Source: Eledone cirrhosa
Lineage: Eukaryota
Assembly: GCA_964016885.1 (NCBI GenBank)
Contig: OZ024743.1
Coordinates: 303,242,001 to 303,306,000, forward strand
Direction: 5' to 3'
Length of the DNA stretch: 64,000 bases
Shown: positions 42,321 to 55,692 of the stretch, in pieces
Position numbering within the stretch: position 1 is the first letter of the stretch
How the letters are laid out: each line of letters opens with the position of its first letter
The notes under the pieces: generated by a model
The model's database searches: none
Told to the model about the DNA's origin: nothing
The model's input: the letters and a program-made list of their open reading frames with translations, nothing else
Program-made: the position numbers and the translations under genes

Positions 42321-42589
42321 CACACACAACCATACATCCTTATTTGCAAGCGCATATATGTATTTTTATACTCAGATATAAACACCCAAACATATATACA
42401 CCTACCTACATATATATTCATACATACACGCTTACAAATACAGATAATAATAGTATGGGGGAAAGGGGGGGGGGGGAGAAGGGGATTATAGTGAATATAT
42501 GTTTCAAGAAACATAGAATATTAATCTGTATTTGGATCTCAATATATGTTTTTACATAGTTTCAGTGTTAGGAAATGCAAGAAATAAGG

Positions 42590-43590
42590 CAAAATTATGC
42601 ATTTCAATATAAGTATACCATTAATTATAGGTTAACTAAACTAAAGATAGTTAACATATTGATTTCTAAGGTGTAAATTAGTTATGTTTATAATATTTGA
42701 AGCAGAATTTTGAAGTTAAATAGTAGTAGAGTATTAATTATAGTATAACTAAATTAAAATTATTAACGTTATGGTATCAATATTAGGAAATGAATTTAGT
42801 AATAGGGAAAAAACAAATAAAGTATTACATCGGTAGTAGAATATAAATTATAGGTTAACTAAATTAAAAATTATATATTAATTTCTATAGTATATGTTAA
42901 TTAGGTATATAATAAATAAAACAGATATTGTATTTTATCAATAGCAGAATATAATTATATGCAAACAGAAATCAAAATTAATACATATACATATACATAT
43001 ATATACATATATATATATATACACATATATATACATACATACACATACATATACATACATACATATACATATTTTTTCAAAAATTGCAAAGAATATATTA
43101 ACTAGGTATACATCCAAAACACATCCCATTCTATGATTACATGACACTCTGCAATCCGTCTGTATTAGGATACTAATTTTAAGCCAATTAAATTAAATTT
43201 TTAGGTTGACTAAATGTAAAACCAAATTATAAATATATTTCTAAAATGTATATTAATTAGGTCTATAATACTAAAAATTATTTCTCTGTCATTGAATACA
43301 CGATATTTTGTTATATTTTATCTGTAAAGGAATTTTAATAAAGGGTTAAATAAATTAAAATTAATCTATAAATTAAATTACTAAGTATATATTAGTAATA
43401 TTTAAAGGTTTTTCACAATTTATGATTACACAATATTTTATATTCTCATCTGTAGTAGAATTTTAATTAAATTAAATTTATAGGTTAACTAACATTTAAA
43501 TTAAATTATATATTAATTTCTAAAATAATGTTATTAATTAGGTTTATAATATTTAAATGTTTTTTTTAGTTTATGATTACACGATATAAT
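42590..43590. repeat. Degenerate AT-rich ~130-150-bp repeat array overlapping the ORF stop (also 48870-49865)
   Basis: Recurring TTTATGATTACAC.ATAT (43570, 43419, 43131) and TATAGGTTAACTAA..ATTAATTTCTA motifs. Confidence 0.6.
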
Positions 43591-45953
43591 TAATTCCTGT
43601 CGTTTATTTAATAGGATATCCTTAGATTTCATTATTTCAAATAGTTCTTGGGAACATAATCTACATTCATTTCTATTATTTTGATAAGGGGTGGCTCTTT
43701 TGAGCACACTCCAGGTCAAATCATATTCTATATTCTTATTTTTATAACTATTGATTTTTTCTGCTAGAGATGTTGTATTAGCCAGTGCGGCATTTTTAAA
43801 ACTATGCTTGTGGGTATTAAACCTTGTCTTAAAATTGTTAGAAGTAGCTCCTATATATGAGCAAATAGAATCTTTAGTTTTAACATTACATTTATAGACT
43901 ATGTTGTTAACAAGACAATTCCCTTTTAATGGGCAGTTTGCTTTGTTTCTACAGTTACAACCTTTCGTTAATTCTGTATTTGAGGAGATATTATGGTTAG
44001 TTTGATGTATTGGTGGTATACTTATGGTTTTCTTACATTTATATGCATTATAGGTACTTATATTTTGTTTTATGTTATTTGTTGTTGAGTATGAGAATTT
44101 AACTGTAGACCTATTTAAGATTTGATGTTATTTGTGGTTTGGCGGGAAGTTTTTCTCTAGGATATAAAACATTTTTTAGCAATATTATCCTTAATTTGTA
44201 AATTAAATGGAGCATTATACCAAGTAACCCGTCTATTACGGTTTCTATGTTGTTTATTATTTTTATTATTTTTATAGGTTGTATCGTGATGTTTACTACG
44301 AGGATTAATGTTAATGATCTCACCACAACCATTTTTAGTTATATTTGTAGATTTAGGTGTTTTATCTTTTTTATTAGGAGTTTTATTATTAATAATATTT
44401 ATTGGAGTTGTATGTTGAGTAGTTTTTTGAGAGTTACTATATTTTATATTAGAAGATTTGGTATTTTGGGGTATAGTGTGGGTGGCATTTAGGTGTGTAC
44501 TTTTCATTTGGTGTTTGTTGGTAATATTAGGTTGTATGTTTTTAGTATTTTTAGTAGAAGGTATATATTCTAATCTATTTTTGTGGCCACTTCTATCTAG
44601 AGCTTCGTTATAGAAGGTCGCATTTTTATCAAATACATCTTGGTTAGAAGAAAGGTTAGAAATTCTAAGTGATATATTATATGCAAGGTTTTTAAGGATA
44701 GATTTAGGGTGATTAGATTGTGAATGTATGTAATGTAAGTTTTGGTTTGGTTTATGGTAAGGTTGGTAGATACCCGTAGCTAAATCTAAAGTTATATCTA
44801 GGAAATTTACTACCTTACTTGTTTTTTCAAAAGTAATATGAATATTATAATAGTTTTTTATTTTTTTCTATTTCTGAAAGGCTAAGGTTGTTAGAAAGAA
44901 GAAGACAGTCATCACGATATAAACCCCCTTTAAGGTGGGGAAAGGAGGCATTTATGTTGAAAAGGAGAAAGAGGCCCACAAGATCAGTAATTTGGGCGGA
45001 ATCGCTTGAACCCATAGTAATATCAAATAGATTACTATATGTGTTTCTGGTCCAGTATTCATTCTGAAATTCAATAAGTGTTAGTCTAGCATGTGTAATA
45101 ATATTAATGTCATCCAAAGTTAAGTTAGATCTATTTTTAGCAAATATCAATGCTTTTTTCAGGAGTATAGGTGATATAGAAGAATAGTAATTATCTATAT
45201 CAAATTGTAGAAATGAAGCAGAAGATTTATATCTAATATTTTTAAACCAGTTAATTACCTGGGAGGTGTTTTCCCAGAGTGGTAAAATAACGTGTTTTCT
45301 TATTTGTGGGATGACTCTATCCAAAAATTTTTTGCTAATTATTCCAATATCTGATTTGGAGGGACATATAAGTCTTATAGAAGGATTTGAGTTAAAGTTT
45401 GATTTATGATCCTTCAGGTTGAAGTGTGGTCTTTTCAATGCCAAAGGTTCAGTTCTATCTTCAATGTTTAGTTTTTTTACTATGTTGTGTGTTTTGTTGT
45501 TGATGTTGGTGAGTGACGCATTATTAGATTTTTTATAATTTTTCCTGAGTTCTTTATATATGAACTCATTATAATGTTCAATATCCATGTGATACAAGTT
45601 ACCAGTTTTGTCCGAGTGGACATGGATTTTTTTAGACTTTTTAGGTCCAATAGGGTAGAATCAAGGTCCTTTTGAAAGACGGATTTATACTTTTTAAATT
45701 TGAGGTGTTTAATTAAATTAAAAAGGTATTTCTCAAAGTCTTCAAGTAAAGAGTTGTGTGGTGGATTCTTGTAAGTATTGAAATCATACATATATTTCCG
45801 ATCTGCATGTTTAGATTTTTTATCGAAGTGGTAGGCCCTCCATCTAACCCTTCTGATAAAATTATTAGTTTTTTGAATCATAAGGAGTAAGAAGTCATCC
45901 TTAGAAGTTATTGGTATGTTCTTTAAAGAGGTTCCCAAATATTGTTTTTCCAT
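43534..45953 (-). pseudogene. PLE RT + GIY-YIG ORF, unit 1 (frameshifts, one stop, short deletion)
   Basis: MEKQYLGTSLKNIP, RRVRWRA, SDKTGN, LKDHK..NPSIRLI, FDIDNYYSSI, MGSSDSA, LYRDD, VNFLDITL, VTWYNAPF, GCNC..CPLKGNC..IVYKC..YIGAT..FKTRF, CRLC..LLNKRQE..CNH. Confidence 0.9.
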
Positions 45954-46303
45954 TGTGATATGGATGGTGGACAATTGAAAGAGCTCAACTAAATGTATAT
46001 GGGTTTACAAAATCATACATATATATGTATATACATAAATATAAAATTAATACACACATACAGTACAAAAATACGAATATTTCCGTGAAAATAGGAGCAA
46101 AATTATGTAGATAAATCTACCAAGAGTTTACGGTAGTGTCCAATCCGTATGGAGAACTCAATGTAGTCCGGATATCATGGAAAGAAGAGATGCAATGAAA
46201 AATCACTTTCGGTGAAAGATAAACGGAATACAGAGTCAGGATAAAATATTAAAAAAATAATGAATAAAACAATGAAACAGTTCCTTATATTAAACAAAAA
46301 AAG

Positions 46304-46458
46304 TTCATTATTTAACGATCGTTTCTAGGATATATATGTGTTAGAATTGGCATGCATATTCAACAGATCTATGTACAAAATTATACGAAATTATACAAAC
46401 TATCAAGATTAAATATACATACCAAACACACATATATGCCGTCTTCAGAAATAATGAA
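46304..46458 (-). ncRNA. Type I hammerhead, family B (copy 2)
   Basis: Same sequence as copy 1; lies ~350 nt upstream of the unit 1 ATG. Confidence 0.75.
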
Positions 46459-47315
46459 ATATATTTATTGATAATAACAACAATTCAAAATTTCAGGTCC
46501 GTTTGGGAACGGAGTTCAAATTGACCAATGAAAATACAAAAAATTTTATGCAGTTTGGTGTGTGTATATACTTGTAACTAAATTCGTACACATATTTATA
46601 CAAAGATATATGCTCATATGCATACGCATGCCAAAAAGATGTATGCAAATACAAAAATTCAAGGCTAATGTCTCTGTAAGTTTATAATCCACAGATAAAA
46701 TGCGTATAGACACATAAATATGAAATAAAAGTATACACATATTCACATACTCACACATATCCGTACACTCACACACACACGCGCGCATATGCATAAACAT
46801 ACACATAATTACGAACATACACACACACACATACCCCCACACACATATATATGTGGATATAGTATTATCATAAGCATATGGATATTAATGCACGCACATA
46901 AACACTGCAACACACATGTAGATCAAGATACAGAAATTAGGTGGGAGGGGGGAGAGGTCAGTATTCAACGGTTTCGGCAGACTGCTTATTTATAGATGTA
47001 TCTATAAACTTAGAAATAAAAAGAAAAGAAAAGAAAAAGAAAAAAGAAAAAAGAAATATATCAAGAAAATATATATATATATATATATATACATCTACAC
47101 ATACAACACACACACACATATATAAACATATACATATATATATACACACATACACACATACATATATATATATACACACATATATACACATATATACACA
47201 CACACATATATACACACACATATATATATATACACGCACATATACATACACATACATACTTATATACATACAGACATACACATACATACATATATATACA
47301 CACATATACATACAG

Positions 47316-47346
<31 letters not shown>

Positions 47347-47564
47347 TACATACACACACATACATACTCATACATAGACATAGATATATATTCACACACA
47401 CATACGCACTTACATATACGCATATATACAAATACATACGCATCCATATATCCGTATATACATACAAACACCACTACACTCTCACACAACTCAGACATAC
47501 AAAGAAAAAGGTATATACATATACACATATACACATATAAATAGAGATACACATACACATACAC

Positions 47565-47615
<51 letters not shown>

Positions 47616-48478
47616 TATATATATACATATATGTACACACACATACACACACATACATACACACATACACACATACATATATAGTCACACACACACACAC
47701 ACCTACACATACATACACATACACATATATAAAGATATATATACACACATACACACACACACATATATAATAAATAAATATATATATATATCTACATATA
47801 TATATATATATACATACACATATACATACATACATACACATACATACGTACATATACACACATATATATACACACATACACATATACATACATACACACA
47901 CACATACATACACACACATACATACTCATACATAGACATAGATATATATTCACACACACATACGCACTTACATATACGCATATATACAAATACATAGGCA
48001 TCCATATATGCGTATATACATACAAACACCACTACACTCTCACACAACTCAGACATACAAAGAAAAAGGTATATACATATACATATATACACACATAAAT
48101 AGAGATACATATACACATATATATATATATATATATATACATACATATATATATATATATATACCTACACACACATACAACCATAAACACACATACAAAC
48201 ACATACATACACACATATATACATATATATACACACACACAAAAACACACATACACATATATATTTACATATATATATACACACATACACACCTTCACAT
48301 ATACACATACACACATATACACATAAACATATACATGTGCATACATGTACATACACACATATATCCACATAGATACGAAGATACACATATATATAGAGAG
48401 ACATACATATACATACACATATATACACACACATACATACACACATATATATACACACACACATACACGCCCACACAC

Positions 48479-48554
<76 letters not shown>

Positions 48555-48560
48555 GCATAC

Positions 48561-48605
<45 letters not shown>

Positions 48606-49810
48606 ACCATACATCCTTATTTGCAAGCGCATATATGTATTTTTATACTCAGATATAAACACCCAAACATATATACACCTACCTACATATATATTCATAC
48701 ATACACGCTTACAAATACAGATAATAATAGTATGGGGGAAAGGGGGGGTGGAGAAGGGGGTTATAGTGAATATATGTTTCAAGAAACATAGAATATTAAT
48801 CTGTATTTGGATCTCAATATATGTTTTTACATAGTTTCAGTGTTAGGAAATGCAAGAAATAAGGCAAAATTATGCATTTCAATATAAGTATACCATTAAT
48901 TATAGGTTAACTAAACTAAAGATAGTTAACATATTGATTTCTAAGGTGTAAATTAGTTATGTTTATAATATTTGAAGCAGAATTTTGAAGTTAAATAGTA
49001 GTAGAGTATTAATTATAGTATAACTAAATTAAAATTATTAACGTTATGGTATCAATATTAGGAAATGAATTTAGTAATAGGGAAAAAACAAATAAAGTAT
49101 TACATCGGTAGTAGAATATAAATTATAGGTTAACTAAATTAAAAATTATATATTAATTTCTATAGTATATGTTAATTAGGTATATAATAAATAAAACAGA
49201 TATTGTATTTTATCAATAGCAGAATATAATTATATGCAAACAGAAATCAAAATTAATACATATACATATACATATATATACACATATATATATATATACA
49301 CATATATATACATACATACACATACATATACATACATACATATACATATTTTTTCAAAAATTGCAAAGAATATATTAACTAGGTATACATCCAAAACACA
49401 TCCCATTCTATGATTACATGACACTCTGCAATCCGTCTGTATTAGGATACTAATTTTAAGCCAATTAAATTAAATTTTTAGGTTGACTAAATTTAAAACC
49501 AAATTATAAATATATTTCTAAAATGTATATTAATTAGGTCTATAATACTAAAAATTATTTCTCTGTCATTGAATACACGATATTTTGTTATATTTTATCT
49601 GTAAAGGAATTTTAATAAAGGGTTAAATAAATTAAAATTAATCTATAAATTAAATTACTAAGTATATATTAGTAATATTTAAAGGTTTTTCACAATTTAT
49701 GATTACACAATATTTTATATTCTCATCTGTAGTAGAATTTTAATTAAATTAAATGTATAGGTTAACTAACATTTAAATTAAATTATATATTAATTTCTAA
49801 AATAATGTTA

Positions 49811-52162
49811 TTAATTAGGTTTATAATATTTAAATGTTTTTTTTAGTTTATGATTACACGATATAATTAATTCCTGTCGTTTATTTAATAGGATATCCTT
49901 AGATTTCATTATTTCAAATAGTTCTTGGGAACATAATCTACATTCATTTCTATTATTTTGATAAGGGGTGGCTCTTTTGAGCACACTCCAGGTCAAATCA
50001 TATTCTATATTCTTATTTTTATAACTATTGATTTTTTTCTGCTAGAGATGTTGTATTAGCCAGTGCGGCATTTTTAAAACTATGCTTGTGGGTATTAAAC
50101 CTTGTCTTAAAATTGTTAGAAGTAGCTCCTATATATGAGCAAATAGAATCTTTAGTTTTAACATTACATTTATAGACTATGTTGTTAACAAGACAATTCC
50201 CTTTTAATGGGCAGTTTGCTTTGTTTCTACAGTTACAACCTTTCGTTAATTCTGTATTTGAGGAGATATTATGGTTAGTTTGATGTATTGGTGGTATACT
50301 TATGGTTTTCTTACATTTATATGCATTATAGGTACTTATATTTTGTTTTATGTTATTTGTTGTTGAGTATGAGAATTTAACTGTAGACCTATTTAAGATT
50401 TGATGGTATTTGTGGTTTGGCGGGAAGTTTTTCTCTAGGATATAAAACATTTTTTAGCAATATTATCCTTAATTTGTAAATTAAATGGAGCATTATACCA
50501 AGTAACCCGTCTATTACGGTTTCTATGTTGTTTATTATTTTTATTATTTTTATAGGTTGTATCGTGATGTTTACTACGAGGATTAATGTTAATGATCTCA
50601 CCACAACCATTTTTAGTTATATTTGTAGATTTAGGTGTTTTATCTTTTTTATTAGGAGTTTTATTATTAATAATATTTATTGGAGTTGTATGTTGAGTAG
50701 TTTTTTGAGAGTTACTATATTTTATATTAGAAGATTTGGTATTTTGGGGTATAGTGTGGGTGGCATTTAGGTGTGTACTTTTCATTTGGTGTTTGTTGGT
50801 AATATTAGGTTGTATGTTTTTAGTATTTTTAGTAGAAGGTATATATTCTAATCTATTTTTGTGGCCACTTCTATCTAGAGCTTCGTTATAGAAGGTCGCA
50901 TTTTTATCAAATACATCTTGGTTAGAAGAAAGGTTAGAAATTCTAAGTGATATATTATATGCAAGGTTTTTAAGGATAGATTTAGGGTGATTAGATTGTG
51001 AATGTATGTAATGTAAGTTTTGGTTTGGTTTATGGTAAGGTTGGTAGATACCCGTAGCTAAATCTAAAGTTATATCTAGGAAATTTACTACCTTACTTGT
51101 TTTTTCAAAAGTAATATGAAGATTATAATAGTCTTTAAGGAAAGTTCTAATATGTTTTTTGTTTTTTTCTATTTCTGAAAGGCTAAGGTTGTTAGAAAGA
51201 AGAAGACAGTCATCACGATATAAACCACCTTTAAGGTGGGGAAAGGAGGCATTTATGTTGAAAAGGAGAAAGAGGCCCACAAGATCAGTAATTTGGGCGG
51301 AATCGCTTGAACCCATAGTAATATCAAATAGATTACTATATGTGTTTCTGGTCCAGTATTCATTCTGAAATTCAATAAGTGTTAGTCTAGCATGTGTAAT
51401 AATATTAATGTCATCCAAAGTCAAGTTAGATCTATTTTTAGCAAATATCAATGCTTTGTTCAGGAGTATAGGTGATATAGAAGAATAGTAATTATCTATA
51501 TCAAATTGTAGAAATGAAGCAGAAGATTTACATCTAATATTTTTAGACCAGTTAATTACCTGGGAGGTGTTTTCCCAGAGTGGTAAAATAACGTGTTTTC
51601 TTATTTGTGGGATGACTCTATCCAACATTTTTTTGCTAATTATTCCAATATCTGATTTGGAGGGACATATAAGTCTTATAGAAGGATTTGAGTTAAAGTT
51701 TGATTTATGATCCTTCAGGTTGAAGTGTGGTCTTTTCAATGCCAAAGGTTCAGTTCTATCTTCAATGTTTAGTTTTTTTACTATGTTGTGTGTTTTGTTG
51801 TTGATGTTGGTGAGTGACGCATTATTAGATTTTTTATAATTTTTCCTGAGTTCTTTATATATGAACTCATTATAATGTTCAATATCCATGTGATACAAGT
51901 TACCAGTTTTGTCCGAGTGGACATGGATTTTTTTAGACTTTTTTAGGTCCAATAGGGTAGAATCAAGGTCCTTTTGAAAGACGGATTTATACTTTTTAAA
52001 TTTGAGGTGTTTAATTAAATTAAAAAGGTCTTTCTCAAAGTCTTCAAGTAAAGAGTTGTGTGGTGGATTCTTGTAAGTATTGAAATCATACATATATTTC
52101 CAATCTGCATTAGAAGGTATTGGTATGTTCTTTAAAGAGGTTCCCAAATATTGTTTTTCCAT
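49811..52162 (-). CDS. PLE RT + GIY-YIG polyprotein, unit 2; RT part open for ~575 codons, two single-base homopolymer frameshifts in the EN half
   Basis: ORF 50435-52183 (ATG at 52162) has the RT motifs including YRDD. It continues in ORFs 50025-50450 (GIY-YIG) and 49811-49996. There is a 93-nt in-frame deletion near the N-terminus relative to unit 1. Confidence 0.85.
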
Positions 52163-52512
52163 TGTGATATGGATGGTGGACAATTGAAAGAGCTCAACTA
52201 AATGTATATGGGTTTACAAAATCATACATATATATGTATATACATAAATATAAAATTAATACACACATACAGTACAAACATACGAATATTTCCGTGAAAA
52301 TAGGAGCAAAATTATGTAGATAAATCTATCAAGAGTTTACGGTAGTGTCCAATCCGTATGGAGAACTCAATGTAGTCCGGATATCATGGAAAGAAGAGAT
52401 GCAATGAAAAATCACTTTCGGTGAAAGATAAACGGAATACAGAGTCAAGATAAAATATTTAAAAAATAATGAATAAAACAATGAAACAGTTCCTTATATT
52501 AAACAAAAAAAG

Positions 52513-52667
52513 TTCATTATTTAACGATCGTTTCTAGGATATATATGTGTTAGAATTGGCATGCATATTCAACAGATCTATGTACAAAATTATACGAAAT
52601 TATACAAACTATCAAGATTAAATATACATACCAAACACACATATATGCCGTCTTCAGAAATAATGAA
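52513..52667 (-). ncRNA. Type I hammerhead, family B (copy 3)
   Basis: Same sequence; lies ~350 nt upstream of the unit 2 ATG. Confidence 0.75.
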
Positions 52668-53154
52668 ATATATTTAGTGATAATAACAACAATTCAAAAT
52701 TTCAGGTCCGTTTGGGAACGGAGTTCAAATTGACCAATGAAATTGACCAATGAAATTGACCAACTAAATTCGTACACATATTTATACAAAGATATATGCT
52801 CATATGCATACGCATGCCAAAAAGATGTATGCAAATACAAAAATTCAAGGCTAATGTCTCTGTAAGTTTATAATCCACAGATAAAATCCTTATTTCTTGC
52901 ATTTCCTAACACTGAAACTATGTAAAAACATATATTGAGATCCAAATACAGATTAATATTCTATGTTTCTTGAAACATATATTCACTATAATCCCCTTCT
53001 CCCCCCCCCCTTTCCCCCATACTATTATTATCTGTATTTGTAAGCGTGTATGTATGAATATATATGTAGGTAGGTGTATATATGTTTGGGTGTTTATATC
53101 TGAGTATAAAAATACATATATGCGCTTGCAAATAAGGATGTATGGTTGTGTGTG

Positions 53155-53185
<31 letters not shown>

Positions 53186-53191
53186 GTATGC

Positions 53192-53251
<60 letters not shown>

Positions 53252-54064
53252 GTGTGTGGGCGTGTATGTGTGTGTGTATATATATGTGTGTATGTATGTG
53301 TGTGTATATATGTGTATGTATATGTATGTCTCTCTATATATATGTGTATCTTCGTATCTATGTGGATATATGTGTGTATGTACATGTATGCACATGTATA
53401 TGTTTATGTGTATATGTGTGTATGTGTATATGTGTACGTGTGCGCACATATATATGTGAGTGTGTGTGTGTGTGTATATATATGTGTATGTCTATGTATA
53501 TATATATATTTGTATGTGTATATATATATATTATTTATTATTATAATATAACTTATGTGTATATATATATATATATGTGAAGGTGTGTATGTGTGTATAT
53601 ATATATGTAAATATATATGTGTATGTTTGTTTTTGTGTATGTGTATATATATGTATATATGTGTGTATGTATGTGTTTGTATGTGTCTTTATGTTTGTAT
53701 GTGTGTGTAGGTATATATATATATATATATATGTATGTATATATATATATATATATATATGTGTATATGTATCTCTATTTATGTGTGTATATATGTATAT
53801 GTATATACCTTTTTCTTTGTATGTCTGAGTTGTGTGAGAGTGTAGTGGTGTTTGTATGTATATACGCATATATGGATGCCTATGTATTTGTATATATGCG
53901 TATATGTAAGTGCGTATGTGTGTGTGAATATATATCTATGTCTATGTATGAGTATGTATGTGTGTGTATGTATGTGTGTGTGTATGTATGTATATGTGTA
54001 TGTGTGTATATATATGTGTGTATATGTACGTATGTATGTGTATGTATGTATGTATATGTGTATG

Positions 54065-54100
<36 letters not shown>

Positions 54101-54279
54101 TATTTATTATATATGTGTGTGTGTGTATGTGTGTATATATAACTTTATATATGTGTATGTGTATGTATGTGTATGTGTATGTATGTGTAGGTGTGTGTGT
54201 GTGTGTGAGTATATATGTATGTGTGTATGTGTGTATGTATGTGTGTGTATGTGTGTGTACATATATGTATATATATATA

Positions 54280-54332
<53 letters not shown>

Positions 54333-54550
54333 GTGTATGTGTATGTGTATCTCTATTTATACGTGTATATGTGTATATGTATATACCTTTTTCTTTGTAT
54401 GTCTGAGTTGTGTGAGAGTGTAGTGGTGTTTGTATGTATATACGGATATATGGATGCGTATGTATTTGTATATATGCGTATATGTAAGTGCGTATGTGTG
54501 TGTGAATATATATCTATGTCTATGTATGAGTATGTATGTGTGTGTATGTA

Positions 54551-54581
<31 letters not shown>

Positions 54582-54805
54582 CTGTATGTATATGTGTGTA
54601 TATATATGTATGTATGTGTATGTCTGTATGTATATAAGTATGTATGTGTATGTATATGTGCGTGTATATATATATATGTGTGTGTATATATGTGTGTGTG
54701 TATATATGTGTATATATGTGTGTATATATATATATGTATGTGTGTATGTGTGTATATATATATGTATATGTTTATATATGTGTGTGTGTGTGTGTTGTAT
54801 GTGTA

Positions 54806-54851
<46 letters not shown>

Positions 54852-55460
54852 CTTGATATATTTCTTTTTTCTTTTTTTCTTTTTCTTTTCTTTTCTTTTT
54901 ATTTCTAAGTTTATAGATACATCTATAAATAAGCAGTCTGCCGAAACCGTTGAATACTGACCTCTCCCCCCCTCCCACCTAATTTCTGTATCTTGATCTA
55001 AATGTGTGTTGCAGTGTTTATGTGCGTGCATTAATATCCATATGCTTATGATAATACTATATCCACATATATATGTGTGTGGGGGTATGTGTGTGTGTGT
55101 ATGTTCGTAATTATGTGTATGTTTATGCATATGCACGCGTGTGTGTGTGAGTGTACGGATATGTGTGAGTATGTGAATATGTGTATACTTTTATTTCATA
55201 TTTATGTGTCTATACGCATTTTATCTGTGGATTATAAACTTACAGAGACATTAGCCTTGAATTTTTGTATTTGCATACATCTTTTTGGCATGCGTATGCA
55301 TATGAGCATATATCTTTGTATAAATATGTGTACGAATTTAGTTACATGTATATACACACACCAAACTGCATAACATTTTTTGTATTTTCATTGGTCAATT
55401 TGAACTCCGTTCCCAAACGGACCTGAAATTTTGAATTGTTGTTATTATCAATAAATATAT

Positions 55461-55615
55461 TTCATTATTTCTGAAGACGGCATATATGTGTGTTTGGTAT
55501 GTATATTTAATCTTGATAGTTTGTATAATTTCGTATAATTTTGTACATAGATCTGTTGAATATGCATGCCAATTCTAACACATATATATCCTAGAAACGA
55601 TCGTTAAATAATGAA
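55461..55615 (+). ncRNA. Type I hammerhead, family B (copy 4, inverted arm)
   Basis: TTCATTATTT at 55461, CTGAAGA at 55471, GAAA at 55594, GTT triplet at 55603-55605, AAATAATGAA at 55606-55615. Confidence 0.75.
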
Positions 55616-55692
55616 CTTTTTTTGTTTAATATAAGGAACTGTTTCATTGTTTTATTCATTATTTTTTTAATATTTTATATATATATATATAT

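Larger units (their letters stand above)
39638..55678 (-). mobile_element. Composite Penelope-like (Naiad-type) insertion, family B: 2 tandem units + partial end + inverted terminal copy
   Basis: GTAGATAAATCTA starts at 39638, 46107 and 52316. 52888-55678 is the reverse complement of 39772-42589. (TA)n lies on both flanks. Confidence 0.93.

Noticed and set aside
40320-42560. Long ORFs rich in IY/CV/HT (also 420-1057, 2149-2878, 33811-34629, 46941-48834, 52918-55136)
   Set aside because: Translations of (TA)n/(CA)n microsatellite mosaics that lack stop codons; not proteins.
39638-52887. Interpreting the direct terminal repeats as LTRs of an LTR retrotransposon
   Set aside because: No TG..CA ends, PBS, gag, protease or integrase. 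RT + GIY-YIG with hammerheads indicates PLE pseudo-LTRs arising from tandem arrangement.
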